A DNA stretch of 64,000 bases, taken from IMG/VR virus record IMGVR_UViG_3300037461_001787, positions 32,001 through 96,000 of that record; one strand, written 5' to 3'. The DNA comes from a virus. Below the pieces are notes generated by a model. The model was not told where the DNA came from. It saw nothing but the letters and a program-made list of their open reading frames with translations, and did not search any database. A program made the translations under genes and the position numbers. Each line of letters opens with the position of its first letter. The first letter of the stretch is position 1. Positions 1-8,921 of the stretch are shown one piece after another.

Positions 1-66
1 GTTGACCCTGAGCTGGCTCGCGCACATGCGGTTTGATGGTGGTGTGTTGGTTTCTGGAAAAATCTC

Positions 67-3000
67 ATGATTGGAGATAACTCCATGCTTCCTATGACTA
101 AATTTTATTTTCTGGAACCTGAACCATTGATCAAGGCCCTCATCAAGATGAAGCCGGTGAAGGTGCAGCTCGGAAGCTGGAAGGGCCTGACCATTATCGG
201 TATTGGTCCCAGAAACGGGAAGATTGTGGGATACCGTAGTGATGGTAAGCCGATTTACGCTGGTTCTCATGCGGCAGAGCAGTTGGCTCTGATACAAAAA
301 CAGAAACATACTTACACTCCCGCACAGCAAGATGTGGAACTGGTCAAGTGGCTCCAGGCGCTCGGGCTGCAGGGAGCGGTGGATGCCGAGCAGGTGCATC
401 TGAGCAAAGAGGGAGCTACGTTGCTCCAGACTGCGTTCGGCGTGACGCCAGCGGCCCTCGGAGGGGGGAAGTGGGGAATTGGCAAGGCTCTACTACTTCC
501 CCATCTAGGAGAGCCTCTAAAGCCCACTGAGGAGCATATCACGGGATGGGCAGCGCAGATGGCTGCGGGAGATCAGGATGAGGTTTTCCCACCTCTGCAC
601 ACTTTGAAGGAAATACCTGCGGGGAAGTTTGTTGGCTCGCACAACAATCAGTTATTTTTGGACAAGAGTGGGAAAAAATGGGTATTCAAGCCTGCTGACC
701 CTACTATTGCGCGAGCAGAGGAAGCTGCTTCCAGAATTGGGCGGTTGTTGCTGGGCGATCGCATTCCCGCTGCCAAATATGTGGATGTAAAAGGAAAAGG
801 TGGGGTGCTCATCCAAGTTCTGGATGGGGAAGTATGGCAGGAATCGTCGAGCCAACATTCTGACCCACAGTTGTCCTACCTCAAAAAATACGCAGAGCAG
901 GTGGTGCAGCATGAGGTGGTCGATTGGCTGATCAGCAATCATGATTCCCACGCGGGCAATTTTTTGGCCGACGGGGAGAAGCTGGTAGCCATCGACAAGG
1001 GGCAGGCGTGGAAATGGATTGGGAACGACGTGCTTGATCCAGCGTATAAAGGGAGCAACCCAAGTTATCAGATTTACAATAAATTTTGGGAATCGGTGAA
1101 GCAAGGGAAAATCGGATCCGTTGGGCTCGTGGAGGCCGTAGCTGAAATAGTGAATCGTGCGGAAAAGATTTCTCCCGAGCAGTTTGCGTTACTCGTAGCG
1201 CCTTATGTATCGACGTGGGCGGGTGGGAAGGATGCCGACCCACATGAGCGTCTCCAGAAAATGGTTTCCAGATTGACCAATCTGAGGGGCGACTTCGAGC
1301 AATTTTTGAGTTCACAGCTTCAAAAACCGATCACACTGCCTAAGCCATCGGCGGTGCAGGTGAATTGGGAAACTCCGCCGGTACAGCCGCTGGGGGAAGA
1401 AAAAGGCAAAGTAAAACAGGAAGAAAAGCCGCAACCAGTCCAATTGACGACGCCGGCGTCAGAAAGCCAGCCTATTTTGCAGGAAGTGGAACATACTCCC
1501 GTTTTGTCGGCCAAACCAGCGGCGGGTTGGCCGCTGACGAAAAAGGGTGCGAAGACGGTGCAGGTAACTGTGCACCATCCGGGGCAGGTGCCTCCCACCA
1601 ATTGGCCGGTGGGGACGCCTGGGCCCGCTATGCATCTTACTTGCGGGTACAAAGGGGCACAGTATTCCTTGATGGTCGGGGAGGACATGGCGGCCAAAAA
1701 GCCGATCTTCACGGTGACCTATCCCAACGGTGACAAGGCGGATTTTAGCTCGCTGAATGCGGCGGGAGATTCGCTCTATCTGTACAATAAGGGGCTGCCT
1801 CTCAATCTGACTGCGACTGAAAAAAAGAAGCAGGGCATCAGCTTGGGCAGCAAGGTCTTTCAGCTCAAGCTCTTTGAGCAGGAGTTGGCCGAAGCTTACG
1901 GGAAGAAGGATGAGCCGGTGCCGGTAGCGGTGGCGACCCCCGAGCAGCTCGAAGAGCAGAAGGTCATTGAGCCCGAGCAAAAGCAGGCGACGGCGTTCCA
2001 GTTGCTGACCACGGCACAGCCAGCAGGCACGGTGCTGTCGATGTACGATCCAGCGCTGCCGCAGGAAATCAAAGAGTTCACGCTTGCGCATTCTGGCAAG
2101 AATCAGTTGAGCGGGGATTGGGATTTGGCGCTCACGCCCGGGCAAGTGGTGATTGGCAAGCACGACTTTTTTGGAGGTCCGGTTATTTTTGCAGCGAGGT
2201 TGTCGAAGGAAGGTAAGCCCGAGCTTTGGGGTTGGTGGGAAGGAGTCGAAGGAGCGCCGCAAAGCGGCCAATGGACGGGCGCGACGGCAAAGGTATTTCT
2301 GGAAAGTTTGGGGTTGAAAAACAACCCCGCCCTCGCCCAGGCCAAAAAGGAGTACGAGCAGGCGGTGCAGTTTGAGGCATCGCATTCTGACCCTATTGGT
2401 TCTCCACCGGAGGTAGTGCTTCCAGAAAGCGCGACAGTTCCAGAAACCGCGCCGAAGTTCACGGCGGGACCGCTTGCCGCGGGCACAACGATCAAGGTCA
2501 AAAAGAAGGTTCCGGGATACGACAAAAAGCAAGAGGTCGTGCTCACCGCGCTGCAGAATGGCAAGTTGCTGGTCGAAATTCCGGGGCAAACCGCACAGAC
2601 TTTTGACACGCTTTCGGCTGCAAGTGATCATGTCTGGGTTGTCCAGAAAGGATACACCGATGCGGCAGATTACAAAGCTCAAAACAAAACTAATAAAGTA
2701 CCCTCTGGGGGTGGCTGGAAGTTTTGGGGTGTCAGCCCGACGACAGCAACAGTTGGCGCGGGCGATCAATTGGGTGCTGGAGCTGTTGCTGCTCCTTCTG
2801 TTGCTGGGAATGATCTACCAGCTGTTGGAGCACCCGCCGAAGTTCCTGCTCCCGCTGGAGTGACGGCTCCTGCAGAGGCCAAAGAACAGGGCAAGGTGCC
2901 GTTCGATGCAGCGCTTGGAGAAAAGGACAGCCAAGGCTGGCAGGCGTTGAAAACGGCAACTACCCCAGTGATTGATGCGTTGCCAGCGGGGACAGTTCTT

Positions 3001-6000
3001 TCGTGGCCGAGCCATTGGCAGCAGGGCAACCACCAGGCCAAGAAAGAGGCAGATGGAAGTTGGGACTTTATTGCTGCGCCAAATCCTCAGATGGGCCCAT
3101 TTGGGAAGCAGAGCCTGTATCAGCTAATGGCTTATGTGTCCCTATCCGTTGGCGCAGGCCATCAGCCAAAAGTGAAGTTGCCGAATGAAGGCGGGCCGGA
3201 AGCTGCATCGGCTGCGCCAGTTCCAGAAAATTCCAAAACTGATCAGCAGGTGGCGTTGGTTGACGAAATCAAAGCCACAGTGAAGTTGCCGAAGCTTGCC
3301 GGGTTTGCGAAAACGGTTCAGTTGTTGAAGGATTTGCCCACGGGGATTGTGCTCAAAACAAAATCTGGTCTGGGGACGCAGTACGCTTACGCGAAGCAAG
3401 CCGATGGCACATGGTCAGTGAGTGGAGGGCTTACGACCGTTTCTAATTTTGCGATCGATGCCCTTGCGGCTGATTTGTGTTCTGAGAATGAGATTATTGT
3501 CGGCTTCACCCCCGCAAGCGAAGTAGCGCCGATTGTCCCTACGAGCGAAAAGTTCCCCACGGACGTGGTGGCGTTTTCTCAGTTGCCTGTCGGGACCTTT
3601 GTGCAGACCAAGGCGAATTGGGGCGCGATCACCAAATGCGTCAAAAAAGCGGACAACAAATGGGAAGTCACATTGGAGTCGGGGGAGTCGGTTACCTATA
3701 GCGACATAGATGCGTTCAATCTGATCAGCGCTGAAAAACTCGACACCTGGAATCCGAAAGGAGAGGTTTTATTCGCGCCAGAACAGGCGCCAGAATCGGG
3801 AGCATCCAACTGGCCATGGTTTGAGCTGCATCCAACAGAGGCAGCGGATAAAGTCAAACCGGATATCGAGGTCGGGGGAAAAGAATTCGACAAGCTGCCA
3901 GCGGGTACCAAACTACAGTTTGTGAAAGACAAGGGGCCGAATGCCCTCTTGCACACGGCGGTCAAGAACGACGAAGGAAAATGGGATTTCAAGTTTGCGC
4001 AAGGCATCAAAGAGACCTATTCCAATGCTACTGCAAAGATTGCGCTGGGGCATCTCAATGTGGGCATCAAACAGCTTGTCGGGCCGGGCAAAGATTTCAT
4101 CGAAGATGCAGCACCAAAACTGCAAGAGCCTAGCATTCCCCCAGGTCTCATTGCGCAGGATGTAGCTACGTTGCCATTGAACATTGAGAATTTTGTGGGT
4201 TTGCCTGTTGGCACTGTGGTGACAACGATCAGCAACGTGGGCTCGGGTTGGACTTACACCAAAACCGATACGGATACGTGGCAAGCGCAAAAGGGGGGAA
4301 CAGAGAACATTTTTTCTGGAATGATGAGCGCAACAGTTTTGGGGGATCTGAAGGACGAGCACATATTGACGTATGCCATCCCGTCTGTTGCGGATATTCC
4401 TGCCCCAATAAAGCCAGCGCAGAAGCTCGATAGCATCGTGAGCTACGTTGATCTGCCCGCGGCGGCTAAAGACGCTATGACCACAGTGATGGTCAATATT
4501 TTGAAGCTTCACAAAAACGATCCGACCAAATTGCAAAAGCCGAGCAATTGGCCGGCATGGGTACCGCCCACAGCGCTTATTCTCAAGGGCGTGATCGACG
4601 GCAAAGAGTTTTACGTTTTCAATTCGGCGATGGCCAAGAACAATGACGGATCACCGGCTACGCAATTTCGGTTTTCTGTGGTGCTGCCTGACGGCACTTT
4701 TTACACTGGAGTGCCAGATGAAAAGCCAATAATGGCGTTGGGCTCAGCCATGCAGCAGGCCGGAATTACGGCCAGTGGCATCGACGCCAAAGAGGCGCTC
4801 GGGTTGTATGGGGTGAGTTTTCCAACGGGCGCGACTGAAGCGGATCCATTTCTGGAAAAAGCATCTCCTGCTATTGGAGCGCTCAAACCGGTAGAGCAGA
4901 TGACCCCGGTGGAGAAGACCGCCAAAGTCAAAACCAACATGCCGCTCAAGCAAGCGCTCAAAATGCATCCGGGCCTGCAAGCGGGAACGCTCAAGGTGAA
5001 AAAGGCCAAGGGCGATGCGATGTATATTTGCTTGGATGGTGTCGAAGGGGCCAGCACCAAACTCTACGAGGCTCTCCAGGACCTCGGAGTGGCGCACGCG
5101 ATCAAGAATGTTGGTGGCATGCCCAAAGTCAACGCGAAGGGAGCTTTTGTAACGGTCGATAATTGGGTGCTTGATCAGGAAGTGACTGTGGAGACCACAG
5201 CGCTTGCTGCTTCCAGCGCGCAACATGCGCCGAGCGATCCCAATTGGCAGACGATGCCCAAAGCCAAAACGAAAAAGCAAACCAAGAAGCAGATCCAAGC
5301 GGCCAAAGAAGCGCAGCAGAAAATGGCAGAGGCCAAGGCCAAGGCTGGGCAGATCAAGGTCTGGGGAGAGCAGCATCCGCCAGTTTCCGATGCGGCTGAT
5401 CTGCAGTTGCTCGCTTATGTGCAGAAGGGATTTGATCTGTTTGGTATCCCTTACGGGGCCATTGCTCGGGCGGGGGATGGCAAGATATTTCTGGGCCACA
5501 AGACGCACTACGAGCAGCTTAAGAAATATTTGACGCAGCTCGATGCGGGTAAGGGCGCGGTTGTCCCGGTGAAGACTCCGCTGGGCGAGATGCTCTCGGT
5601 TGATCTTGTGCAGCTCAAACCGGCGTTGGAGAGCTTTAGTGGTCTGCCGATTGGTGGAGTGATCAAAGGGCCTGACGGGAAGGAATACCCGGCTGGAACT
5701 ACGTTCCAGAAAAAGGTGGTTGAGACCACGGTTGCGCAGTTGTTACCCGGAGAGCCGGGATTCTACAAGATCATGGATCACAAGGCTGAGCCCAACGTGC
5801 TTGGCTTGATCAAGATTTCTGGGACTGGCGCTGAGCAGATCGCGCAAATGAAAGCGATGATCGAGAAGTATGGGCTCGAAGGGCCTTTCCCGGCGCCGAA
5901 GGCTTCAGAGAATTCCATTATTCACTCGGTCTACAAAAAGTCGCTCCAGAAAATCTGGAAGACGGAGGAAGTGCATACGCCTACGATCCCAGAACAGCCG

Positions 6001-7398
6001 GCGGCTTTTGTCGCGGGGTCGTTGCCTTATTCTGAGCCCGCGAAGGTATGGGAGGAAGTTGGGGATGGGTCGGGGGATCTGGCCAATATCGCGGCGGTGA
6101 AACCGGCGTTGTTTGGGACCGTGTTGCGCATTGGCGCTCCAGGACAATTGCGTGATTTCAGCATTCGCTACCGTAAGGTCAAGGATCCCAATGGCAAACT
6201 CTACTATGAGTTCACTGGGGATCTGGTGACCTTCAATGGGTTGGGTACGGGATTGCAGTCGGGGACGGTCAAATACGCTTCTACCCAAAACAAGCCGATG
6301 TCTGGGATGGGTGAGAAGAGCGTCAAGGTGATGGACTATGATCCAGCCACGGGCGTGCATACAGAAGCGTCGGAAATCGGTGACGGACCTGACCCCAAAG
6401 GATTTTTCGGTACCACTGAGGCGGGCAGCTCGATTTCAGTTGTTCCGCCCAGCAGTGATCAAGATACGCTAAAAAACACATTCCGCGTGCGTATCCCGAT
6501 GGAGTTGGATCCGGTGGCGGAGTTGCGTGCGGCATTCCAGAAAATGGGTAAGGACCCCGATTTGGTGCTGGCTTCGATCAACGAAGACAGTGATCGCATT
6601 TTCAAAAAATCAATGTACGTTCGCGGTCTGATGGGAGCCAGTGGGTGGAATGAGGGGCAATTTACTCCGGAATTGATGCACAATGAGGAGTGGCTGGATG
6701 CACAGCTTGCAAAATTCGGGGCCAAAACGAAGGCCCAGAATTTGAAAGTGGTGAAAACATTCGATAACCAAGTTTCTGTAGTGGCTGATGATGTCGAGAA
6801 GTTCGCAGAGTGGAACTTCGCCTATGTGGGCTCAAAGTCGTTTGGGACAACACTCCAGCTGCTACAAGGTTCAGGCTGGTCCAGTCGGCGCAATCGATTG
6901 CTGCACGGAGTCTGGAACGGGGGGCAATCAGCGGGAGCTGATTTCCAAAACGGAGGAGCGAAAGGGACTTTCTTTCGCATCGCAGGTCCGGGGAAAGCGA
7001 TGCTCAGTTCCTATGAATGCCAGATCATTGTTCATCCACGGGTATTTCAGCGCACTGACTGGTGGCGATACAACCAAGATGGGTACGGCAACACCTCCTC
7101 ATACAACCAACATGGTGCTCCTGTGGCTAAATCTCCCAAACGGTATACGGGGGAATTGTCCACCACCAATGAGATCATTTTTGAAGGCGGTGTTTCCGCC
7201 CAGGACATTGTTGCGGTGGTCGTAAACGATGACACGCAACGCGCGGACATGATAGCCAAGCTCCAGGCGGCGGGGATTACTGAGCTGAATGGAAAACCGC
7301 TCAACGAGGTAATTATTCCGGAAGTCTACAAAGGCGCCAATGCATATGGAAACTCGGATGCCTTTGCCAAGGTGTTGGGGATCAAGAAAGGCGAGTAG
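67..7398 (+). CDS. Giant polyvalent protein, probably head-packaged: HipA/PI3-PI4K-like kinase + 2 RAMA/DUF2924-like domains + 5 LPxGT repeats + C-terminal ART-like domain
   Basis: Kinase motifs GSH..KWVFKP, E-AAS, DWLISNHDSHAGN, IDKG (~590-1330). RAMA signature GPLAAG..FDTLSAAS..GGGWKFW (~2467-2733). C-terminal LLQGSGWSSR..GGAKGTFFR..YGN..NEIIF. Lies just upstream of the head genes. The real start may be ATG 85 (GGAG at 73-76). Confidence 0.75.
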   Translation: MIGDNSMLPMTKFYFLEPEPLIKALIKMKPVKVQLGSWKGLTIIGIGPRNGKIVGYRSDGKPIYAGSHAAEQLALIQKQKHTYTPAQQDVELVKWLQALGLQGAVDAEQVHLSKEGATLLQTAFGVTPAALGGGKWGIGKALLLPHLGEPLKPTEEHITGWAAQMAAGDQDEVFPPLHTLKEIPAGKFVGSHNNQLFLDKSGKKWVFKPADPTIARAEEAASRIGRLLLGDRIPAAKYVDVKGKGGVLIQVLDGEVWQESSSQHSDPQLSYLKKYAEQVVQHEVVDWLISNHDSHAGNFLADGEKLVAIDKGQAWKWIGNDVLDPAYKGSNPSYQIYNKFWESVKQGKIGSVGLVEAVAEIVNRAEKISPEQFALLVAPYVSTWAGGKDADPHERLQKMVSRLTNLRGDFEQFLSSQLQKPITLPKPSAVQVNWETPPVQPLGEEKGKVKQEEKPQPVQLTTPASESQPILQEVEHTPVLSAKPAAGWPLTKKGAKTVQVTVHHPGQVPPTNWPVGTPGPAMHLTCGYKGAQYSLMVGEDMAAKKPIFTVTYPNGDKADFSSLNAAGDSLYLYNKGLPLNLTATEKKKQGISLGSKVFQLKLFEQELAEAYGKKDEPVPVAVATPEQLEEQKVIEPEQKQATAFQLLTTAQPAGTVLSMYDPALPQEIKEFTLAHSGKNQLSGDWDLALTPGQVVIGKHDFFGGPVIFAARLSKEGKPELWGWWEGVEGAPQSGQWTGATAKVFLESLGLKNNPALAQAKKEYEQAVQFEASHSDPIGSPPEVVLPESATVPETAPKFTAGPLAAGTTIKVKKKVPGYDKKQEVVLTALQNGKLLVEIPGQTAQTFDTLSAASDHVWVVQKGYTDAADYKAQNKTNKVPSGGGWKFWGVSPTTATVGAGDQLGAGAVAAPSVAGNDLPAVGAPAEVPAPAGVTAPAEAKEQGKVPFDAALGEKDSQGWQALKTATTPVIDALPAGTVLSWPSHWQQGNHQAKKEADGSWDFIAAPNPQMGPFGKQSLYQLMAYVSLSVGAGHQPKVKLPNEGGPEAASAAPVPENSKTDQQVALVDEIKATVKLPKLAGFAKTVQLLKDLPTGIVLKTKSGLGTQYAYAKQADGTWSVSGGLTTVSNFAIDALAADLCSENEIIVGFTPASEVAPIVPTSEKFPTDVVAFSQLPVGTFVQTKANWGAITKCVKKADNKWEVTLESGESVTYSDIDAFNLISAEKLDTWNPKGEVLFAPEQAPESGASNWPWFELHPTEAADKVKPDIEVGGKEFDKLPAGTKLQFVKDKGPNALLHTAVKNDEGKWDFKFAQGIKETYSNATAKIALGHLNVGIKQLVGPGKDFIEDAAPKLQEPSIPPGLIAQDVATLPLNIENFVGLPVGTVVTTISNVGSGWTYTKTDTDTWQAQKGGTENIFSGMMSATVLGDLKDEHILTYAIPSVADIPAPIKPAQKLDSIVSYVDLPAAAKDAMTTVMVNILKLHKNDPTKLQKPSNWPAWVPPTALILKGVIDGKEFYVFNSAMAKNNDGSPATQFRFSVVLPDGTFYTGVPDEKPIMALGSAMQQAGITASGIDAKEALGLYGVSFPTGATEADPFLEKASPAIGALKPVEQMTPVEKTAKVKTNMPLKQALKMHPGLQAGTLKVKKAKGDAMYICLDGVEGASTKLYEALQDLGVAHAIKNVGGMPKVNAKGAFVTVDNWVLDQEVTVETTALAASSAQHAPSDPNWQTMPKAKTKKQTKKQIQAAKEAQQKMAEAKAKAGQIKVWGEQHPPVSDAADLQLLAYVQKGFDLFGIPYGAIARAGDGKIFLGHKTHYEQLKKYLTQLDAGKGAVVPVKTPLGEMLSVDLVQLKPALESFSGLPIGGVIKGPDGKEYPAGTTFQKKVVETTVAQLLPGEPGFYKIMDHKAEPNVLGLIKISGTGAEQIAQMKAMIEKYGLEGPFPAPKASENSIIHSVYKKSLQKIWKTEEVHTPTIPEQPAAFVAGSLPYSEPAKVWEEVGDGSGDLANIAAVKPALFGTVLRIGAPGQLRDFSIRYRKVKDPNGKLYYEFTGDLVTFNGLGTGLQSGTVKYASTQNKPMSGMGEKSVKVMDYDPATGVHTEASEIGDGPDPKGFFGTTEAGSSISVVPPSSDQDTLKNTFRVRIPMELDPVAELRAAFQKMGKDPDLVLASINEDSDRIFKKSMYVRGLMGASGWNEGQFTPELMHNEEWLDAQLAKFGAKTKAQNLKVVKTFDNQVSVVADDVEKFAEWNFAYVGSKSFGTTLQLLQGSGWSSRRNRLLHGVWNGGQSAGADFQNGGAKGTFFRIAGPGKAMLSSYECQIIVHPRVFQRTDWWRYNQDGYGNTSSYNQHGAPVAKSPKRYTGELSTTNEIIFEGGVSAQDIVAVVVNDDTQRADMIAKLQAAGITELNGKPLNEVIIPEVYKGANAYGNSDAFAKVLGIKKGE

Positions 7399-7400
7399 CT

Positions 7401-7736
7401 ATGCGCACTGATTTGGCCTACGAGGTACACTGTGTTTCCGATCCTGCGTCAGCCATTGGGCGTATCGGAACGATCATCCCGCGGCCAGGTGGAATCTTGC
7501 TCGCGACGGATGGTCATTCGCAATTTCTGGAAATAGACGACCCGGATGATCAGCTCATCGATGACGAATCGACGGGATACGTGGAAATCACCACAGCCAA
7601 GGGCCGTTATTTTCTGAATGCCATTGATCGTGACGCGGGCGAGGAACTTTCCCCTTTTTTCCAGAACGCTCCGGCCGAGTTTGACAGCGATGAGGCGGCC
7701 CAGGCTTTTTACCAAAAATTATTGGCGCAATTATGA
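7401..7736 (+). CDS. Small acidic hypothetical protein, candidate immunity/antidote for the upstream effector
   Basis: 111 aa, D/E-rich, starts 2 nt after the giant ORF stop; function inferred from position only. Confidence 0.55.
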   Translation: MRTDLAYEVHCVSDPASAIGRIGTIIPRPGGILLATDGHSQFLEIDDPDDQLIDDESTGYVEITTAKGRYFLNAIDRDAGEELSPFFQNAPAEFDSDEAAQAFYQKLLAQL

Positions 7737-7942
7737 GATGCCCGCACTGTGACAATCACCTGCTCCAGAAATCTGGAAGTCGGGTGCGGGTGCGGACACA
7801 AGGGCCCATTGAGTTTGAGGGGGCGCATTGTCGGGCAAAATGCTATTGGTGTGGTTCGGCGGTGGACTTGCCGCTCAAAATCCAAGAGGGTGCTCCTATC
7901 GCCCGAGAGCAGTTTCTTCTATCTTCACGGAAAAGAGATTGA
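7733..7942 (+). CDS. Com-like zinc-ribbon protein
   Basis: MRCPHCDNHLL...KCYWCG (two CxxC motifs); ATGA overlap with the upstream gene. Confidence 0.6.
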   Translation: MRCPHCDNHLLQKSGSRVRVRTQGPIEFEGAHCRAKCYWCGSAVDLPLKIQEGAPIAREQFLLSSRKRD

Positions 7943-7966
7943 CAGAATTCTGGAATCGGATACGTT
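7939..7966 (+). promoter_or_regulatory. Sigma70-type promoter for the head operon
   Basis: TTGACA (7939-44), 16-nt spacer containing TTCTGGAA, TACGTT (7961-66). Confidence 0.5.
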
Positions 7967-8018
7967 GAAATCAATCAGAGAAGCGCGGCGATAGGCCCGT
8001 TAAGGTTACTACCGGTCG

Positions 8019-8059
8019 GGGCGGACGCTTTGCAGTACGAGCGGTCCGCCCTTACTTTT
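8019..8059 (+). terminator. Leader hairpin with U-rich tail (terminator or attenuator) before the protease RBS
   Basis: GGGCGGAC..GTCCGCCC stem, then TTACTTTT, then AGGAG and ATG 8070. Confidence 0.5.
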
Positions 8060-8069
8060 AGGAGCAAAG

Positions 8070-8900
8070 ATGGAGTCATTCGCTTTCGATGTGCCGGTAG
8101 ATTTTTTCGAAAAGGCCGATGCCGAGCCGGGTAAAGAGCGACGTATTGGCGGCATCGCGACCATCGAGACCAAAGACCGTCAGGGGGAAGTGATTCTCGC
8201 CCGCGGCGTGGATTTCAGTGATTTTGTCCAAAATGGTTGGTTCAACGACAACCATTCGAAGCGCACCACCGACATTCTCGGTTACCCCGAGCGGGCCCGG
8301 TTTTTTCGCAAAGGGGAAGAGCTGCCCAGTGGAGAGAAAGCTCAGGCTGCGGGGCATTGGGTAGAGGGTTATTTGCTTGCGACCCCCGAAGCCGATCGAG
8401 TCTGGGAATTGGGCAAGGCGCTTGCACAAACCAAGCGGCGGCTGGGGTTTTCGGTGGAAGGGAAGATTGAGAAGCGTGTTGGCCCAGCGCAAAAGACCAT
8501 TGCCAAGGCGTTGGTGAGGAATATTGCCATTACCAATTGTCCTGTTAATGCTGGGGCTCGGATGGAAATTCTGGCCAAGAGCCTCTACCACCTCGGGCTG
8601 GACGCGCCGGTGGAAAAGTCACTCGGCATGGGCGTTGTTTCTGGGAATCCTCCGGTTCCGCCGGCGATGATGGGCCCGCAGAGCGGCATGGGCGCCGGAC
8701 GGGTGCTTGCTGGCCAAAGCCTGGAACACGATGAGATCGATACTGTCTCTGACGAGGACGAGAAAAAGAAAAAACGGCGCATCAAGAAGTCACTGACCGA
8801 TAGCGAGGCGTATGCGTGGCTGCGCGCCCGGCTGCCCCACGCCAAACCGGAACAAATCGGGCGCATCATCACGCTGACCCGCGAGCGCAAGCGGCGGTAA
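8070..8900 (+). CDS. Prohead protease (SPO1/Twort-like)
   Basis: IGGIAT..DRQGE..GWFNDNH..LGFSVEGK..IAITNCPVN motifs; position before scaffold and capsid. Confidence 0.9.
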   Translation: MESFAFDVPVDFFEKADAEPGKERRIGGIATIETKDRQGEVILARGVDFSDFVQNGWFNDNHSKRTTDILGYPERARFFRKGEELPSGEKAQAAGHWVEGYLLATPEADRVWELGKALAQTKRRLGFSVEGKIEKRVGPAQKTIAKALVRNIAITNCPVNAGARMEILAKSLYHLGLDAPVEKSLGMGVVSGNPPVPPAMMGPQSGMGAGRVLAGQSLEHDEIDTVSDEDEKKKKRRIKKSLTDSEAYAWLRARLPHAKPEQIGRIITLTRERKRR

Positions 8901-8921
8901 GCATATGCGAAGGAGATAGGT

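Noticed and set aside
590-1330. Host HipBA toxin-antitoxin module
   Set aside because: The kinase is one domain of a giant phage protein and has no adjacent HipB-like HTH gene
1459-2769. Long minus-strand ORFs (also 14108-15058, 54249-55313 and others)
   Set aside because: Antisense shadows of well-supported + strand genes in GC-rich DNA, with no recognisable motifs
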